A stretch of DNA of 64,000 nt from NCBI GenBank assembly GCA_963800795.1, contig CAWDCJ010000012.1:54642-118641 (forward strand), given 5' to 3'. Each line of letters starts with the position of its first letter. Position 1 is the first letter of the stretch. The translations under genes were made by a program, and so were the position numbers. Positions 1-10,184 of the stretch are shown here, in pieces. The notes beneath the pieces are model-generated. The model did no database searches. It was not told where the DNA came from and saw only the letters and a program-made list of their open reading frames with translations. Origin of the DNA: an uncultured Chloroflexia bacterium (GTDB lineage: Bacteria > Chloroflexota > Limnocylindria > Limnocylindrales > CSP1-4).

Positions 1-1
1 A

Positions 2-463
2 ATGTCCGGCTCGAGCGGTTCGGCGAGGTCCGAGCGCGCCTCGTCGAGACGGCGGACGACGGTTCGTCGAGACCGGCCGCGGCGGACCGATCTCCTGTTG
101 GGCCCGGTTCGCATCGATCGTGCCCGCGGGACGCGCGTCCGCGAGGTCGTCGTTGGCGGGTGGCGCATCGAGGTCGAGGTGGAGCTCGAGCGCCGCGCCG
201 TCCTGCGCCAGCGGGCTCGCCGCGGTGCCGGGGCCGTCGTGCTCGGCGGGCCAGTCGAGGTTCGCGCGATCATCCCCGGCCGGGTCGTGGCCATCTCCGT
301 GGCGGCCGGCGATGCGGTCGAGGCGGGCCAGCAGATCCTCGTCGTGGAGGCCATGAAGATGCAGAACGAGCTCCGGGCTCCCCGCGAAGGCTCCGTCGAG
401 CGCATCGGGGTTGCCGTGGGCGATACGATCGAGGTCGGCGACCTCCTGGTCGTGATCCACTGA
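2..463 (+). CDS. Biotin carboxyl carrier protein (acyl-CoA carboxylase subunit), 5' end uncertain or truncated
   Basis: Biotinylation motif EAMKMQNEL with IPGRVV and [14 protein letters not shown]; directly upstream of methylmalonyl-CoA mutase. Confidence 0.85.
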   Translation: MSGSSGSARSERASSRRRTTVRRDRPRRTDLLLGPVRIDRARGTRVREVVVGGWRIEVEVELERRAVLRQRARRGAGAVVLGGPVEVRAIIPGRVVAISVAAGDAVEAGQQILVVEAMKMQNELRAPREGSVERIGVAVGDTIEVGDLLVVIH

Positions 464-474
464 GCGGAGCACCC

Positions 475-2164
475 ATGCCGATCGATCCCCCCGCGAGCCC
501 TGCGCCGGCGCCCGATCCCGGCCGCGATCGGTGGCGCGCCGGCGCCCGGGCAGGGGCTGTCGCCTCGACGCCGGAACGCCGGGCCCGATTCGAGACCTCG
601 TCGGGACTCGAGATCGCCGACCTCTACACGCCGGCCGACGTCGCCGGCCTCGACGAGGAGCGCGACCTGGGCAGGCCCGGTGAGTATCCGTTCACGCGGG
701 GCGTGCAGCCCACCATGTACCGGGGGCGCCTCTGGACCATGCGCCAGTACGCGGGCTTCGCCACGGCAGCAGAGACGAACGAGCGATTCCGCTACCTGCT
801 GGCGCAGGGTCAGACCGGCCTGTCGGTGGCCTTCGACCTGCCGACCCAGATGGGGTACGACAGCGACGCGCCCGAGGCCGAGGGAGAGGTCGGGCGGGTC
901 GGCGTGCCGGTCAGCTCGCTGGCGGACATGGAGGCGCTGTTCGCCGGGATCCCGCTCGGCGACGTGAGCACGTCGATGACGATCAACGCGACGGCGGCCA
1001 TCCTCCTCGCGCTCTACGTCGCCGCAGCAGGGAAGCAGGGAGTGCCCCGCGACCGCGTCGCTGGCACGACCCAGAACGACATCCTCAAGGAGTACATCGC
1101 CCGCGGGACGTACATCTTCCCGCCGCGCCCGTCGATGCGCCTGGTCACGGACATCTTCGAGTTCTCCGCCCGCGAGCTCCCGCGCTGGAACACGATCAGC
1201 ATCTCCGGCTACCACATGCGCGAGGCCGGCGCGACCGCGGCCCAGGAGCTCGCCTTCACGATGGCCGACGCCATCGCGTACGTGGAGGGCGCCGTCGCGC
1301 GCGGGCTGGACGTCGACGCCTTCGCCGGCCGGCTGAGCTTCTTCTTCGCGGCGTGGAGCGAGCTCTTCGAGGAGGTTGCCAAGTTCCGTGCCGCGCGCCG
1401 GATCTGGGCTCGCCTCGTCCGGGAGCGGTTCGGCGCGCGCGATCCACGCAGCATGATGTGCCGCTTCCACGTCCAGACGGCGGGCAGCTCGCTCACGGCG
1501 CAGTCGATCGACAACAACGTGGTCCGGACGACCGTCCAGGCGCTCGCGGCGATCCTCGGCGGCGCCCAGAGCCTGCACACGAACTCACGCGACGAAGCCC
1601 TGGCGCTGCCGACCGCGGAGGCGGCGCGCCTGGCCCTGCGGACCCAGCAGATCCTCGCCCACGAGGCCGGCGTCACCGAGACGCCCGACCCGCTGGCCGG
1701 CAGCTACTACGTCGAGACGCTGACGGACCAGCTCGAGGCGGCGGCCCGGGAGCTCCTCGACGAGATCGAGGGGCTGGGCGGAACGCTCGCGGCCATCGAA
1801 GCCGGCTTCCAGCAGCGCCAGATCCAGGAATCGTCCGTATCGCGTCCAGCGGGCGATCGAGGACGGGAGCCAGGTCGTGGTCGGCGTGAATCGCTTCCGC
1901 GACGAAGGCCACCGGACGCCGCCGCTCCAGCGGATCGACCCGGACGGCGAACGCCGCCAGGTGGAGAGCCTGCGACGCGTCCGCGCGGAGCGGGATCCCG
2001 CCGCCTGGGAGGCGGCGCTTCGACGAGTGGGGGAGTGCGCCCGGGGCGACGAGAACCTGATGCCCGCCCTGATCGAGGCGGTGGGCGCCTACGCGACCGT
2101 CGGGGAGATCTCGGACCGGCTCCGCGCCGCGTGGGGCGAGCACCGTGAGCTGGTGACGGTGTGA
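475..2164 (+). CDS. Methylmalonyl-CoA mutase, substrate-binding subunit (no B12-binding domain); frameshift near 1836, probably a sequencing error
   Basis: [18 protein letters not shown] (Tyr, MCM-type), [25 protein letters not shown]; C-terminus VVGVNRF...ATVGEISD continues in ORF 1877-2164. Confidence 0.92.
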
Positions 2165-2245
2165 GGTCGGGCGGCGACGAACAGCAGGCGCCATCGCTCG
2201 CGGCTTACCGGTGCAGGACCGCCGCCGCAGCTCGAGAGGGAACCC

Positions 2246-2743
2246 ATGTCCATGCCGCCCGGCGGGCTGCCGCCGACCATCCATCACGTGGGGCGCGTGC
2301 ACCACGTGGCCGTCGTGGTCCGTGAGATGGACCTGGCACTCGGCTTCTACCGGGACGTCCTGGGGCTGGCGCCGGGTCCGGTGGTCCCGATCCCCGGGGA
2401 TGGCGTTCGCATCGCCTTCCTGCCCGTCGGCGAGACGAGGATCGAGCTGGTGCAGCCGACCGACGCCACGACGGGCGTCGCCCGCTTCCTCGCCACCCGC
2501 GGCGAGGGCTTCCACCACGTCTGCTTCGAGGTCGCGGACATCGCGGCGACGCTCACCCGCCTGGCGGTCGACGGCGTGGAGCTGATCGATACCGCGCCAC
2601 GCCCCGGCGCCGAGGGACCCGTCGCGTTCCTCCATCCGCGGAGCTGCCACGGCGTCCTCGTCGAGCTGATCGAGGCGCCCGGGGGACCGGCCTGGGCCGC
2701 GCTCTACCCAGCGGGGTTCCGGGCGCCGGGCGCGGCGGGCTGA
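2246..2743 (+). CDS. mce: Methylmalonyl-CoA epimerase (VOC family)
   Basis: [41 protein letters not shown]; adjacent to the mutase. Confidence 0.9.
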   Translation: MSMPPGGLPPTIHHVGRVHHVAVVVREMDLALGFYRDVLGLAPGPVVPIPGDGVRIAFLPVGETRIELVQPTDATTGVARFLATRGEGFHHVCFEVADIAATLTRLAVDGVELIDTAPRPGAEGPVAFLHPRSCHGVLVELIEAPGGPAWAALYPAGFRAPGAAG

Positions 2744-2802
2744 CGTTCCGCCGCGCGGGCACGCGCCGCGGCGCGCCGGCGATGCCCCGGCCGGCGTTGG
2801 CG

Positions 2803-3688
2803 CTACCCGCGGTAGCCGGCCGTGCGCAGGAGGGCCGGCAGCTCGGTCGGCGAGCCCGCGACCCGGATCCCGGCCGCCTCGAGCGCACTGACCTTCTCGG
2901 CCGCCGTCCCGCGGCCGCCCGAGATGATCGCCCCGGCGTGGCCCATGCGCTTGCCCTCGGGGGCGGTCCGGCCGGCGATGAAGGCAGCCATCGGCACGTC
3001 CCGCAGGTTCGCGGCCGCCCAGCGCGGCGGCCTCCTCCTCGGCCGAGCCACCGATCTCTCCGATCAGCACGATCGCCTCGGTCTCCGGGTCCGCCGCGAA
3101 GAGCTGCAGGACGTCGAGGAAGGTCGTCCCGATGATCGGGTCGCCGCCGATCCCGACGCAGGTCGACTGGCCGATCCCGGCGTCGGTCATGGCCTGGACC
3201 GCCTCGTAGGTGAGGGTTCCCGACCGGGAGACGACGCCGACCCGCCCCTCCCGGTGGATGGAGCCCGGGATGATCCCAACCTTGGCCCGCCCGGGCGAGG
3301 TCGCACCCGGGCAGTTGGGACCGATCAGGCGCGCGCCGGCCGCCCGGACGACCTCCACGACAGGAAGCATGTCGAGCGCCGGTATCCCTTCTGTGATGCA
3401 GAATATCGTCCCGATCCCTGCTCCGACCGCCTCCAGAATTGCATCCGGAGCACCGAATGCAGGGACGAAGATGCATGAGGCGTTGGCGCCCGTCTGCCGG
3501 ACCGCCTCCCCGACCGTGTCGAAGACCGGGACCCGGTTGTCCAGCGCGGAGAGGCCGCCCTTGCCGGGCGTCACCCCCGCCACGATGCGGGTGCCGTACT
3601 CGAGCATCTGGCGCGAGTGAAACTCGCCCTCGCGCCCGGTGATGCCCTGGACCACCAGCCGCGTGTCCCGGCCGATCAGGATGCTCAC
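2803..3688 (-). CDS. sucD: Succinyl-CoA synthetase alpha subunit; frameshift near 3025
   Basis: [31 protein letters not shown], phospho-His motif [10 protein letters not shown]; GTG start overlaps the sucC stop. Confidence 0.95.
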
Positions 3689-4869
3689 GCCTCGCCTCCC
3701 GTCGTCGCGCGGGCGGCGGCGACCGCCTTCGCGGCCGCCTCGTCGAGCGTCGCGGCCGTCTCGAAGGCCGCCTCCCGCAGCAGCCGCCCGGCCTCCTCGG
3801 CGTTCGTGCCGACGATCCGGACGACCATCGGCACCTCGCGCTCCTGGCGGGCCCGGGCGTCGATCAGGCCACGGGCAACCTCGTCGCCGCGGGTGATCCC
3901 GCCGAAGATGTTGACGAGGATCGCGCGCACCTTCGGGTCGGCGAGGATGAGGCGCATCGCCGCGGAGACGCGGTCCGCCTTCGCGCCCCCGCCGATGTCG
4001 AGGAAGTTGGCCGGCGAGCCACCCGCGCGGTTGACCAGGTCCATCGTCGTCATCGCCAGGCCCGCTCCGTTGACCATGCAGCCGATCGAGCCGTCGAGGT
4101 GGATGAAGCTGATGTCGTAATGCCGTGCCTCCGCGTCGGCGGGATCCTCCTCGTCGAGGTCGCGCAGCTTCTCGAGGTCGGGGTGGCGGGGGAGCGCCGA
4201 GTCGTCGAGCGTCACCTTGGCGTCGAGGCAGGCGAGGCGCTCCACGTGGCCCTCGGGTCCGCTCTCGCGGATGATCGCGAGCGGGTTCACCTCGACCAGG
4301 TCGGCATCGTTGACCCGCATCGTGGCCACGATCCCGCGCGCGATCCGGACGAAGTCCCGCAGGTGCGGCCCGCCGAGGCCGACCGCGAAGGCGAGCTCCC
4401 GCGCCTGCCAGTCCAGCAGCCCGAGGAGCGGATGGGCGGCAACCCGGTGGATCGCCTCCGGGGTCGTCCTGGCGACCTCCTCGATCTCGACGCCGCCCTC
4501 GGCCGACGCCATCAGCACGATCCGGCGCGACGCGCGATCGAGGATCGCGCCGAGGTAGAACTCCTTGACGATCACAGCCGCGGGTCCGACGAGCACCTTG
4601 CGGACGGGGATTCCCTTGATCTCCATGCCGAGGATGCGGCCGGCGATCTCCTCCGCCTCGGCCGGCGAGCCGGCGAGCTTCACGCCGCCAGCCTTGCCGC
4701 GCCCGCCGACGAGGACCTGGGCCTTGATCACGACCCGGCCCGCGCCCGCGGCAAGGAACCGATCGGCGGCGACGCGCGCGTCGGCGGCGGTCCGGGCGAC
4801 GGCCCACGGCGGCACGGGCAGGCCCTGCGCGGCAAGCAGCGATTTCGCGTCGGCTTCCTGGATCTTCAC
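3685..4869 (-). CDS. sucC: Succinyl-CoA synthetase beta subunit
   Basis: [47 protein letters not shown]; GTG start with GGAG SD. Confidence 0.95.
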   Translation of the reverse strand: MKIQEADAKSLLAAQGLPVPPWAVARTAADARVAADRFLAAGAGRVVIKAQVLVGGRGKAGGVKLAGSPAEAEEIAGRILGMEIKGIPVRKVLVGPAAVIVKEFYLGAILDRASRRIVLMASAEGGVEIEEVARTTPEAIHRVAAHPLLGLLDWQARELAFAVGLGGPHLRDFVRIARGIVATMRVNDADLVEVNPLAIIRESGPEGHVERLACLDAKVTLDDSALPRHPDLEKLRDLDEEDPADAEARHYDISFIHLDGSIGCMVNGAGLAMTTMDLVNRAGGSPANFLDIGGGAKADRVSAAMRLILADPKVRAILVNIFGGITRGDEVARGLIDARARQEREVPMVVRIVGTNAEEAGRLLREAAFETAATLDEAAAKAVAAARATTGGEA

Positions 4870-5081
4870 GGCGGCTCCTGCGACTGTGCGGCGTGGCGCG
4901 CCGATGGTAACCCGCGGCGCCCCCCGGGGCGGCGAGCCGGACGGGACGCCGCGGTCCGGCACGGAGCCGGCGAGCCCGTCGTGCACCGGCCGGACCCCGT
5001 ACAATGCAGGCGTCCACCCGGACCAGCCCGGCACCTGTGAGTCGGCTGCGAACCCGGCCGGCCACGGAGGCGAGTCTCCCG

Positions 5082-5453
5082 GTGCGATACCTTCAGTATC
5101 GAGGCGGCGAAGGAATGCTCGCATGGGCGTTCCACCGCATCTCCGGCGTCGCGATCTGGGCGTTCGTGCTTCTCCACGTCCTCGACATCTGGCTGGTCGG
5201 CGCGAATCCCAGCCTGTACGACGACGTCCTGAAGATGTATGCGAGCCCGCTGGGCCGCGTCGGCGAGACGCTCCTGGGCGCGGCGCTCCTGTACCACGCG
5301 CTCAACGGCCTGCGGATCATCGTGATGGACTTCTGGCCCGCCATGACCGTCTTCCACAAGCAGCTCTGGTACGGCATCTGGGTGGTGTTCGTGGTGGTCG
5401 GGCTGCCGGGCGCCTACATCATCCTTCGTCCGATCTGGGCAGGGGTCGCCTGA
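5082..5453 (+). CDS. sdhC: Succinate dehydrogenase cytochrome b556 subunit
   Basis: [32 protein letters not shown], three TM helices; GGAGG SD before GTG 5082. Confidence 0.9.
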   Translation: MRYLQYRGGEGMLAWAFHRISGVAIWAFVLLHVLDIWLVGANPSLYDDVLKMYASPLGRVGETLLGAALLYHALNGLRIIVMDFWPAMTVFHKQLWYGIWVVFVVVGLPGAYIILRPIWAGVA

Positions 5454-5851
5454 TGGCGCTGTACACCCGCTCCGGCCGTCCTCGTCCGCACGGCAGCGGG
5501 TTCGAGCTGGGCGTCTGGTACCTGATGCGCCTTTCGGGGCTGGCCCTGTTCGTGCTCGCCCTCGGGCACTTCTCGATCATGCACTTCATCTTCGACCCGG
5601 CCAACCAGTCCGCGCAGTGGATCATCGACGACCGGTGGGGGAGCGTCCTGTGGCGCACCGTCGACTGGCTGCTGCTGACGATGGTGGTCCTGCACGCCTT
5701 CATGGGCGTTCGGACCGTGCTCCAGGACTACATCCACGGCGGGGCGCGCACGGCCCTGACGCTCCTGCTCTACCTCGCCGGGATCGCGCTTGCGCTGATG
5801 GGAACGATGGCCGTGATGACCCTTCCCGTTCCCGGTCGAGTAGGGGGCGCC
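5453..5851 (+). CDS. sdhD: Succinate dehydrogenase hydrophobic anchor subunit; reads in-frame into sdhA in this assembly
   Basis: WYLMRLSG, LHAFMGVRTVLQDY, three TM helices; ATG overlaps the sdhC TGA. Confidence 0.88.
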
Positions 5852-7600
5852 ATGCGAATTGACCACGATGCGCTGGTGATCGGCGCCGGCGGGGCCGGCC
5901 TGTGGGCGGCGCTGGAGCTTGCCCGGGCCGGCGTCTCCACGGGCGTCCTGACGAAGCTCTACCCGACCCGCTCCCACACCGGCGCCGCCCAGGGTGGCGT
6001 GTGCGCGGCCCTGGGCAACCAGGAGGAGGACCACTGGGAGTGGCACATGTTCGACACGGTGAAGGGCGGCGACTACCTCGTCGACCAGGATGCCGCCGAG
6101 GTCCTGGCCCGGGAGGCGGTCGAGACCGTCATCGAGCTCGAGCACATGGGGCTGCCGTTCAACCGGACGCCGGACGGCAAGATCGACCAGCGCCGGTTCG
6201 GCGGCCACACCCGGAACTTCGGGGAGGGACCGGTCAAGCGATCCTGCTTCGCGGCCGATCGGACCGGCCACATGATCCTCCAGACGCTGTACCAGAACTG
6301 CATCAAGGCCGGGGTCCGCTTCTACGACGAATACCACGTCGTCGACCTGATCTTCGAGGGCGGCGAGGGCGGCGACGGAGGACGGGCAGCTGGCGTAGTC
6401 GCCTACCGGATCGGCGACGGCGAGCTCCACACGTTCGGGGCCAAAGCCGTGCTCCTGGCCACCGGCGGCAACGGCCGGATGTTCGCGATCACGTCGAACG
6501 CTCACTCGCTGACCGGGGACGGCATGGCGCTGGCGTACCGCCACGGCATCCCGCTCGAGGACATGGAGTTCTACCAGTTCCACCCGACCGGCCTGTACGG
6601 CCTGGGGATCCTGCTGTCCGAGGCCGCCCGCGGTGAGGGCGGGACGCTCCTCAACGGCGACGGCGATCGATTCATGAGCCGCTATGCGCCGAAGCTGATG
6701 GAGCTTGCGCCGCGCGACATGGTGAGCCGCGCGATCTACCTCGAGATCCGCGACGGCCGGGGAGCCGGGCCCAAGAAGGACTACGTCTACCTGGACGTGC
6801 GCCACCTTGGCCGGGCCGTCATCGAGGAGAAGCTGCCCGACATCACGGATTTCGCCCGCGTCTACCTCGGCGTCGAGCCGTTGAAGGAGCCGGTGCCTAT
6901 CGTGCCCACCGCCCACTATGCGATGGGGGGGATCCCCACGGACCTCCGAACGCAGGTGGTGCGCGACGAGGTGAACACGGTCGTCCCGGGGCTCTTCGCC
7001 GCCGGGGAGGCGGCCTGCGTCTCCGTCCACGGCGCGAACCGACTCGGCACGAACTCGCTCGTGGACCTGCTGGTCTTCGGGCGGCGGGCGGGCCGCGAGA
7101 TGGCCGCCTACTGCCGCTCCGCGGAGGCGCCGTTGATCCCCGCCGGGGTCGAGGAGCCGGTTCGCTCGGAGCTGGAGACGCTCCGCACGCGCCCCGAAGG
7201 AGAGAGCCCGGCGGTGCTCAAGGCCGAGCTCGCCACCTTGATGATGGACAACGTGGGCGTCTTCCGGACGGCCGCCATGATGACGGCCGCGGTGTCCGGG
7301 GTGGCCGCCCTCAAGGAGCGCTATGCCCGCGTCCGCGTGCGCGACGCCGGCAGGGTCTTCAACACGGATCTGCTCGAGGCGCGCGAGCTGGGCTACCTGC
7401 TGGACGGCGCCGAGGCGATGGCCACGTCGGCGCTGGCGCGGACCGAGAGCCGGGGTGCCCACTCGCGCGACGACTACCCGGAGCGCGACGACGTCAACTT
7501 CCTCGCCCACACGCTCGCGTATCGCGGCGAGGCCGGGCCCTCGCTGCGGTACAAGCCGGTGACGATCACCCGGTTCGAGCCGAAGCCGCGCACCTATTGA
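5852..7600 (+). CDS. sdhA: Succinate dehydrogenase flavoprotein subunit
   Basis: GAGGAG, RSHTGAAQGG (FAD-His), QFHPTG, HYAMGG, SVHGANRLGTNSL, ESRGAH. Confidence 0.96.
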   Translation: MRIDHDALVIGAGGAGLWAALELARAGVSTGVLTKLYPTRSHTGAAQGGVCAALGNQEEDHWEWHMFDTVKGGDYLVDQDAAEVLAREAVETVIELEHMGLPFNRTPDGKIDQRRFGGHTRNFGEGPVKRSCFAADRTGHMILQTLYQNCIKAGVRFYDEYHVVDLIFEGGEGGDGGRAAGVVAYRIGDGELHTFGAKAVLLATGGNGRMFAITSNAHSLTGDGMALAYRHGIPLEDMEFYQFHPTGLYGLGILLSEAARGEGGTLLNGDGDRFMSRYAPKLMELAPRDMVSRAIYLEIRDGRGAGPKKDYVYLDVRHLGRAVIEEKLPDITDFARVYLGVEPLKEPVPIVPTAHYAMGGIPTDLRTQVVRDEVNTVVPGLFAAGEAACVSVHGANRLGTNSLVDLLVFGRRAGREMAAYCRSAEAPLIPAGVEEPVRSELETLRTRPEGESPAVLKAELATLMMDNVGVFRTAAMMTAAVSGVAALKERYARVRVRDAGRVFNTDLLEARELGYLLDGAEAMATSALARTESRGAHSRDDYPERDDVNFLAHTLAYRGEAGPSLRYKPVTITRFEPKPRTY

Positions 7601-7616
7601 GCCCGGGAGCCGCGTG

Positions 7617-8315
7617 ATGCAGGTCGACCTCCGGATCCTCCGCTTCGATCCTGAGCGCGACACCGCGCCGCACTGGGAGTCCTACCGCGTCGAGGCGGAC
7701 CCGATGGACCGCGTCCTCAATCTCCTGACCGCGGTGAAGGCGGAGCAGGACGGCACGCTCACCTTCCGGCGCTCCTGCGCGCACGGGGTCTGCGGCTCGG
7801 ACGCGATGCTCATCAACGGCCGGAACCGGCTGGCCTGCAAGATCCGGGTGGACCAGCTGGGCCGGAAGATCACGGTCGCGCCGCTCGGCGGTCTGCCCGT
7901 CGTGAAGGACCTGGTCGTCGACATGGACCGGTTCTTCGCGAAGTACCGCAGCGTGATGCCCTTCCTGATCGCTGACACGCCCGCGCCCGAGCGCGAGCGG
8001 CTCCAGAGCCAGGCCGATCGCGCGCGCTACGACGACACGACCAAGTGCATCCTGTGCGCCGCGTGCACGACCGCCTGCCCGTCGTTCTGGGCCCAGCCCG
8101 GGTACGTCGGCCCCGCCGCGATCGTGAACGCCCACCGCTTCATCTTCGACACGCGCGACGATGCGGGCGACGAGCGGCTGGAGATCCTGGCCGACAAGGA
8201 CGGCGTGTGGCGCTGCCGGACGATCTTCAACTGCGTCGACGCGTGTCCCCGGGGCATCAACATCACCCGCGCGATCCTCGAGGTGTCGCGGGCGGTGGTG
8301 GAGCGGTCGGTCTGA
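7617..8315 (+). CDS. sdhB: Succinate dehydrogenase iron-sulfur subunit
   Basis: SCAHGVCGSDAM, CILCAACTTACP, CRTIFNCVDACP. Confidence 0.96.
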   Translation: MQVDLRILRFDPERDTAPHWESYRVEADPMDRVLNLLTAVKAEQDGTLTFRRSCAHGVCGSDAMLINGRNRLACKIRVDQLGRKITVAPLGGLPVVKDLVVDMDRFFAKYRSVMPFLIADTPAPERERLQSQADRARYDDTTKCILCAACTTACPSFWAQPGYVGPAAIVNAHRFIFDTRDDAGDERLEILADKDGVWRCRTIFNCVDACPRGINITRAILEVSRAVVERSV

Positions 8316-9694
8316 GCGGACCGCCGGCCGGTGGCGCCCGCCGGCTGATCATCCGGACCGACGGCGCGGCGCGCGGGAACCCGGGCCCGGCCTCCGCCGG
8401 CGCCGCCCTGATCGACGCCGACAGTCCGGGCGCGGAGCGCCCGGACGCCCCGCCGCTCGCCACGATCTCCGAGGCGCTGGGCCACCAGACCAACAACGTC
8501 GCCGAGTGGACGGCCGTGGTGCGCGCCCTCGACCTGGCGGCCGAGCTCGGTGCGGAGGAGCTCCTCCTCCTGCTGGATTCCAAGCTCGTCGTGGAGCAGC
8601 TTCAGGGGCGCTGGCGGGTGAAGGACGCCAAGCTCGCGCCGCTCCATGACGAGGCGATCAGCGGGCTGCGGCGCTTCCGCCGCTGGCGCGCGAGGCACGT
8701 CCCGCGCAGCGAGAATGCGACCGCGGATGCGCTGGCCAACGAGGCCCTGGACCGGGTCGCGGCCGGCGGTCCCGCGCTCGTGGTCCGGCGACCGCCGGGG
8801 GCGTCCTCGGGAGCGCAGCCACCGTCCGCGCAGCTCGGCCTGGATCTCGGCGCCGGCGCCACGGGCACCCCCGCCGTGGAGCTGGAGGCGGGCTTCGATC
8901 CCGCGGACCCGGGGCCCGCGCCTGGTCGCCTGGTGGTCCGCATCATGGGCAGCGGGACGAGCCAGGGCATCCCGCGGATCGCCTGCGATTGTCCCGTCTG
9001 CACCTCGGCAGATCCGCGCGATCACCGCTATCGGGCCTCCGCGCTGCTCACCTTCGGCGACCGGCGCGTCCTGGTGGATTGCGGTCCGGACTTCAAGTGG
9101 CAGGCCCTCGCGGCGAACCTCCGGCGGCTCGATGCCGTCCTCCTCACCCACGACCACCAGGACGCGATCGGGGGGCTCGACGAGCTGCGTCGGTTCAACG
9201 AGCTGCAGGGCGGCTACCTCCCGGTCTACGCCCGCCCGGAGGACCTCGCGGTCATCGTCGACCGGTTCGCCTACGCGTTCCGGCCGCACCAGGCCCGCTT
9301 CTTCGGCCTCCCGCAGCTTCGGCCGGTCGCGCTCGACGGGCCGTTCCTGCTGTTCGGGAGGCGTATCGTCCCGGTCCCGGTGGTCCACGGCGACCGCGTG
9401 ATCACCGGCTTCCGCAGCGGGGGCTTCGCCTACTGCTCCGACGTCCAGCGGATCGACCCCGACGGGCGGGCGCTCCTCCAGGATCTCGACGTGCTCGTTG
9501 TCTCGGCCCTGCGCGACCTCCCGCACCCGACCCACCAGACCGTCGACGAAGCCGTTGCGCTCATCGAGGCGCTCCGCCCGCGACACGCCTACCTCACCCA
9601 CCTCGACCACGAGCTGGGCCATGCGGCGCTCACGGCACGCCTCCCGGCGGGCGTCGAGGTCGCCTGGGATGGGCTCGAGATCGCGGTTCCCTGA
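8312..9694 (+). CDS. Fusion of RNase HI (actinobacterial/archaeal type) and MBL-fold PhnP-like phosphodiesterase; probable CTG start
   Basis: N-terminal TDGAARGNPG, TNNVAEW, LDSKLVVEQ, RSENATAD; C-terminal GSGTSQGIPRIACDCPVC, VDCGPD, THDHQDAIGGLDELR, YCSD, HPTH, THLDH, AWDG. Confidence 0.85.
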   Translation: MSGPPAGGARRLIIRTDGAARGNPGPASAGAALIDADSPGAERPDAPPLATISEALGHQTNNVAEWTAVVRALDLAAELGAEELLLLLDSKLVVEQLQGRWRVKDAKLAPLHDEAISGLRRFRRWRARHVPRSENATADALANEALDRVAAGGPALVVRRPPGASSGAQPPSAQLGLDLGAGATGTPAVELEAGFDPADPGPAPGRLVVRIMGSGTSQGIPRIACDCPVCTSADPRDHRYRASALLTFGDRRVLVDCGPDFKWQALAANLRRLDAVLLTHDHQDAIGGLDELRRFNELQGGYLPVYARPEDLAVIVDRFAYAFRPHQARFFGLPQLRPVALDGPFLLFGRRIVPVPVVHGDRVITGFRSGGFAYCSDVQRIDPDGRALLQDLDVLVVSALRDLPHPTHQTVDEAVALIEALRPRHAYLTHLDHELGHAALTARLPAGVEVAWDGLEIAVP

Positions 9695-9787
9695 CGGCCG
9701 AGGCTCCGGCCGGGGGGCCGCCGCCTGGAGCTGCCGGGATCGCCCGCGCGTCTCCGCAGGGTGTCGGTCAGCTTCGCTGGCGCGGGG

Positions 9788-9793
9788 TAGACT
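9788..9793 (+). promoter_or_regulatory. -10 element (TAGACT) of rnpB
   Basis: TAnnnT hexamer 7 nt upstream of the P1 5' strand. Confidence 0.6.
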
Positions 9794-9800
9794 TCGGCAG

Positions 9801-10150
9801 CCAGCGAGGCGGCTGGACGGTCGCGCGTCGGCGGGCAACCGCCGGCGTGAGGAACGTCCGGGCTCCCAGGCGCAGGGTAGCGGGTAACGCCCGTCCGCCG
9901 CGAGGCGAGGACCAGCGCCACAGAGACGAGTCCGTCGCCGGGCAACCGGCGGCGGGGTGAAACGCGGCAAGCTCTACCCGGAGCAAGGCCAAGTAGGAGG
10001 GCGTGTCCCGGTTCGCCGGGGCAGCGGCGCGCCGCCGTGGACCCTCGGGTCGGCCGCATGAGCCGCCGGGCAACCGGCGGCCCCAGATGGATGACCGTCG
10101 CCGCGCCTTCGGGCGCGGTACAGAACCCGGCGTACAGGCCGCCTCGCTGG
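9801..10150 (+). ncRNA. rnpB: RNase P RNA
   Basis: P1 CCAGCGAGGCGGC 9801-9813 pairs with 10138-10150; conserved GAGGAACGTCCGGGCTC, AGCGCCACAGAGA, GGTGAAACG, CCCGGAGCAAGGCC, AGATGGATGACCG, ACAGAACCCGGCGTA. Confidence 0.96.
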
Positions 10151-10184
10151 CGCCTTCAGCGCGACCGCGCTCCGGCTCGGTCCG

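Noticed and set aside
464-2245. Cobalamin riboswitch or programmed frameshift in the mutase
   Set aside because: No leader space or B12 box; no slippery sequence at 1836; consistent with a random indel
1673-7663. Very long alternative-frame or antisense ORFs (e.g. 1673-5065, 5414-7663; also 8027-9970, 24109-25962, 26140-28224, 29077-31218)
   Set aside because: Shadow ORFs typical of high-GC DNA: Arg/Pro/Gly-rich, overlapping well-supported genes, partly stitched together by indels
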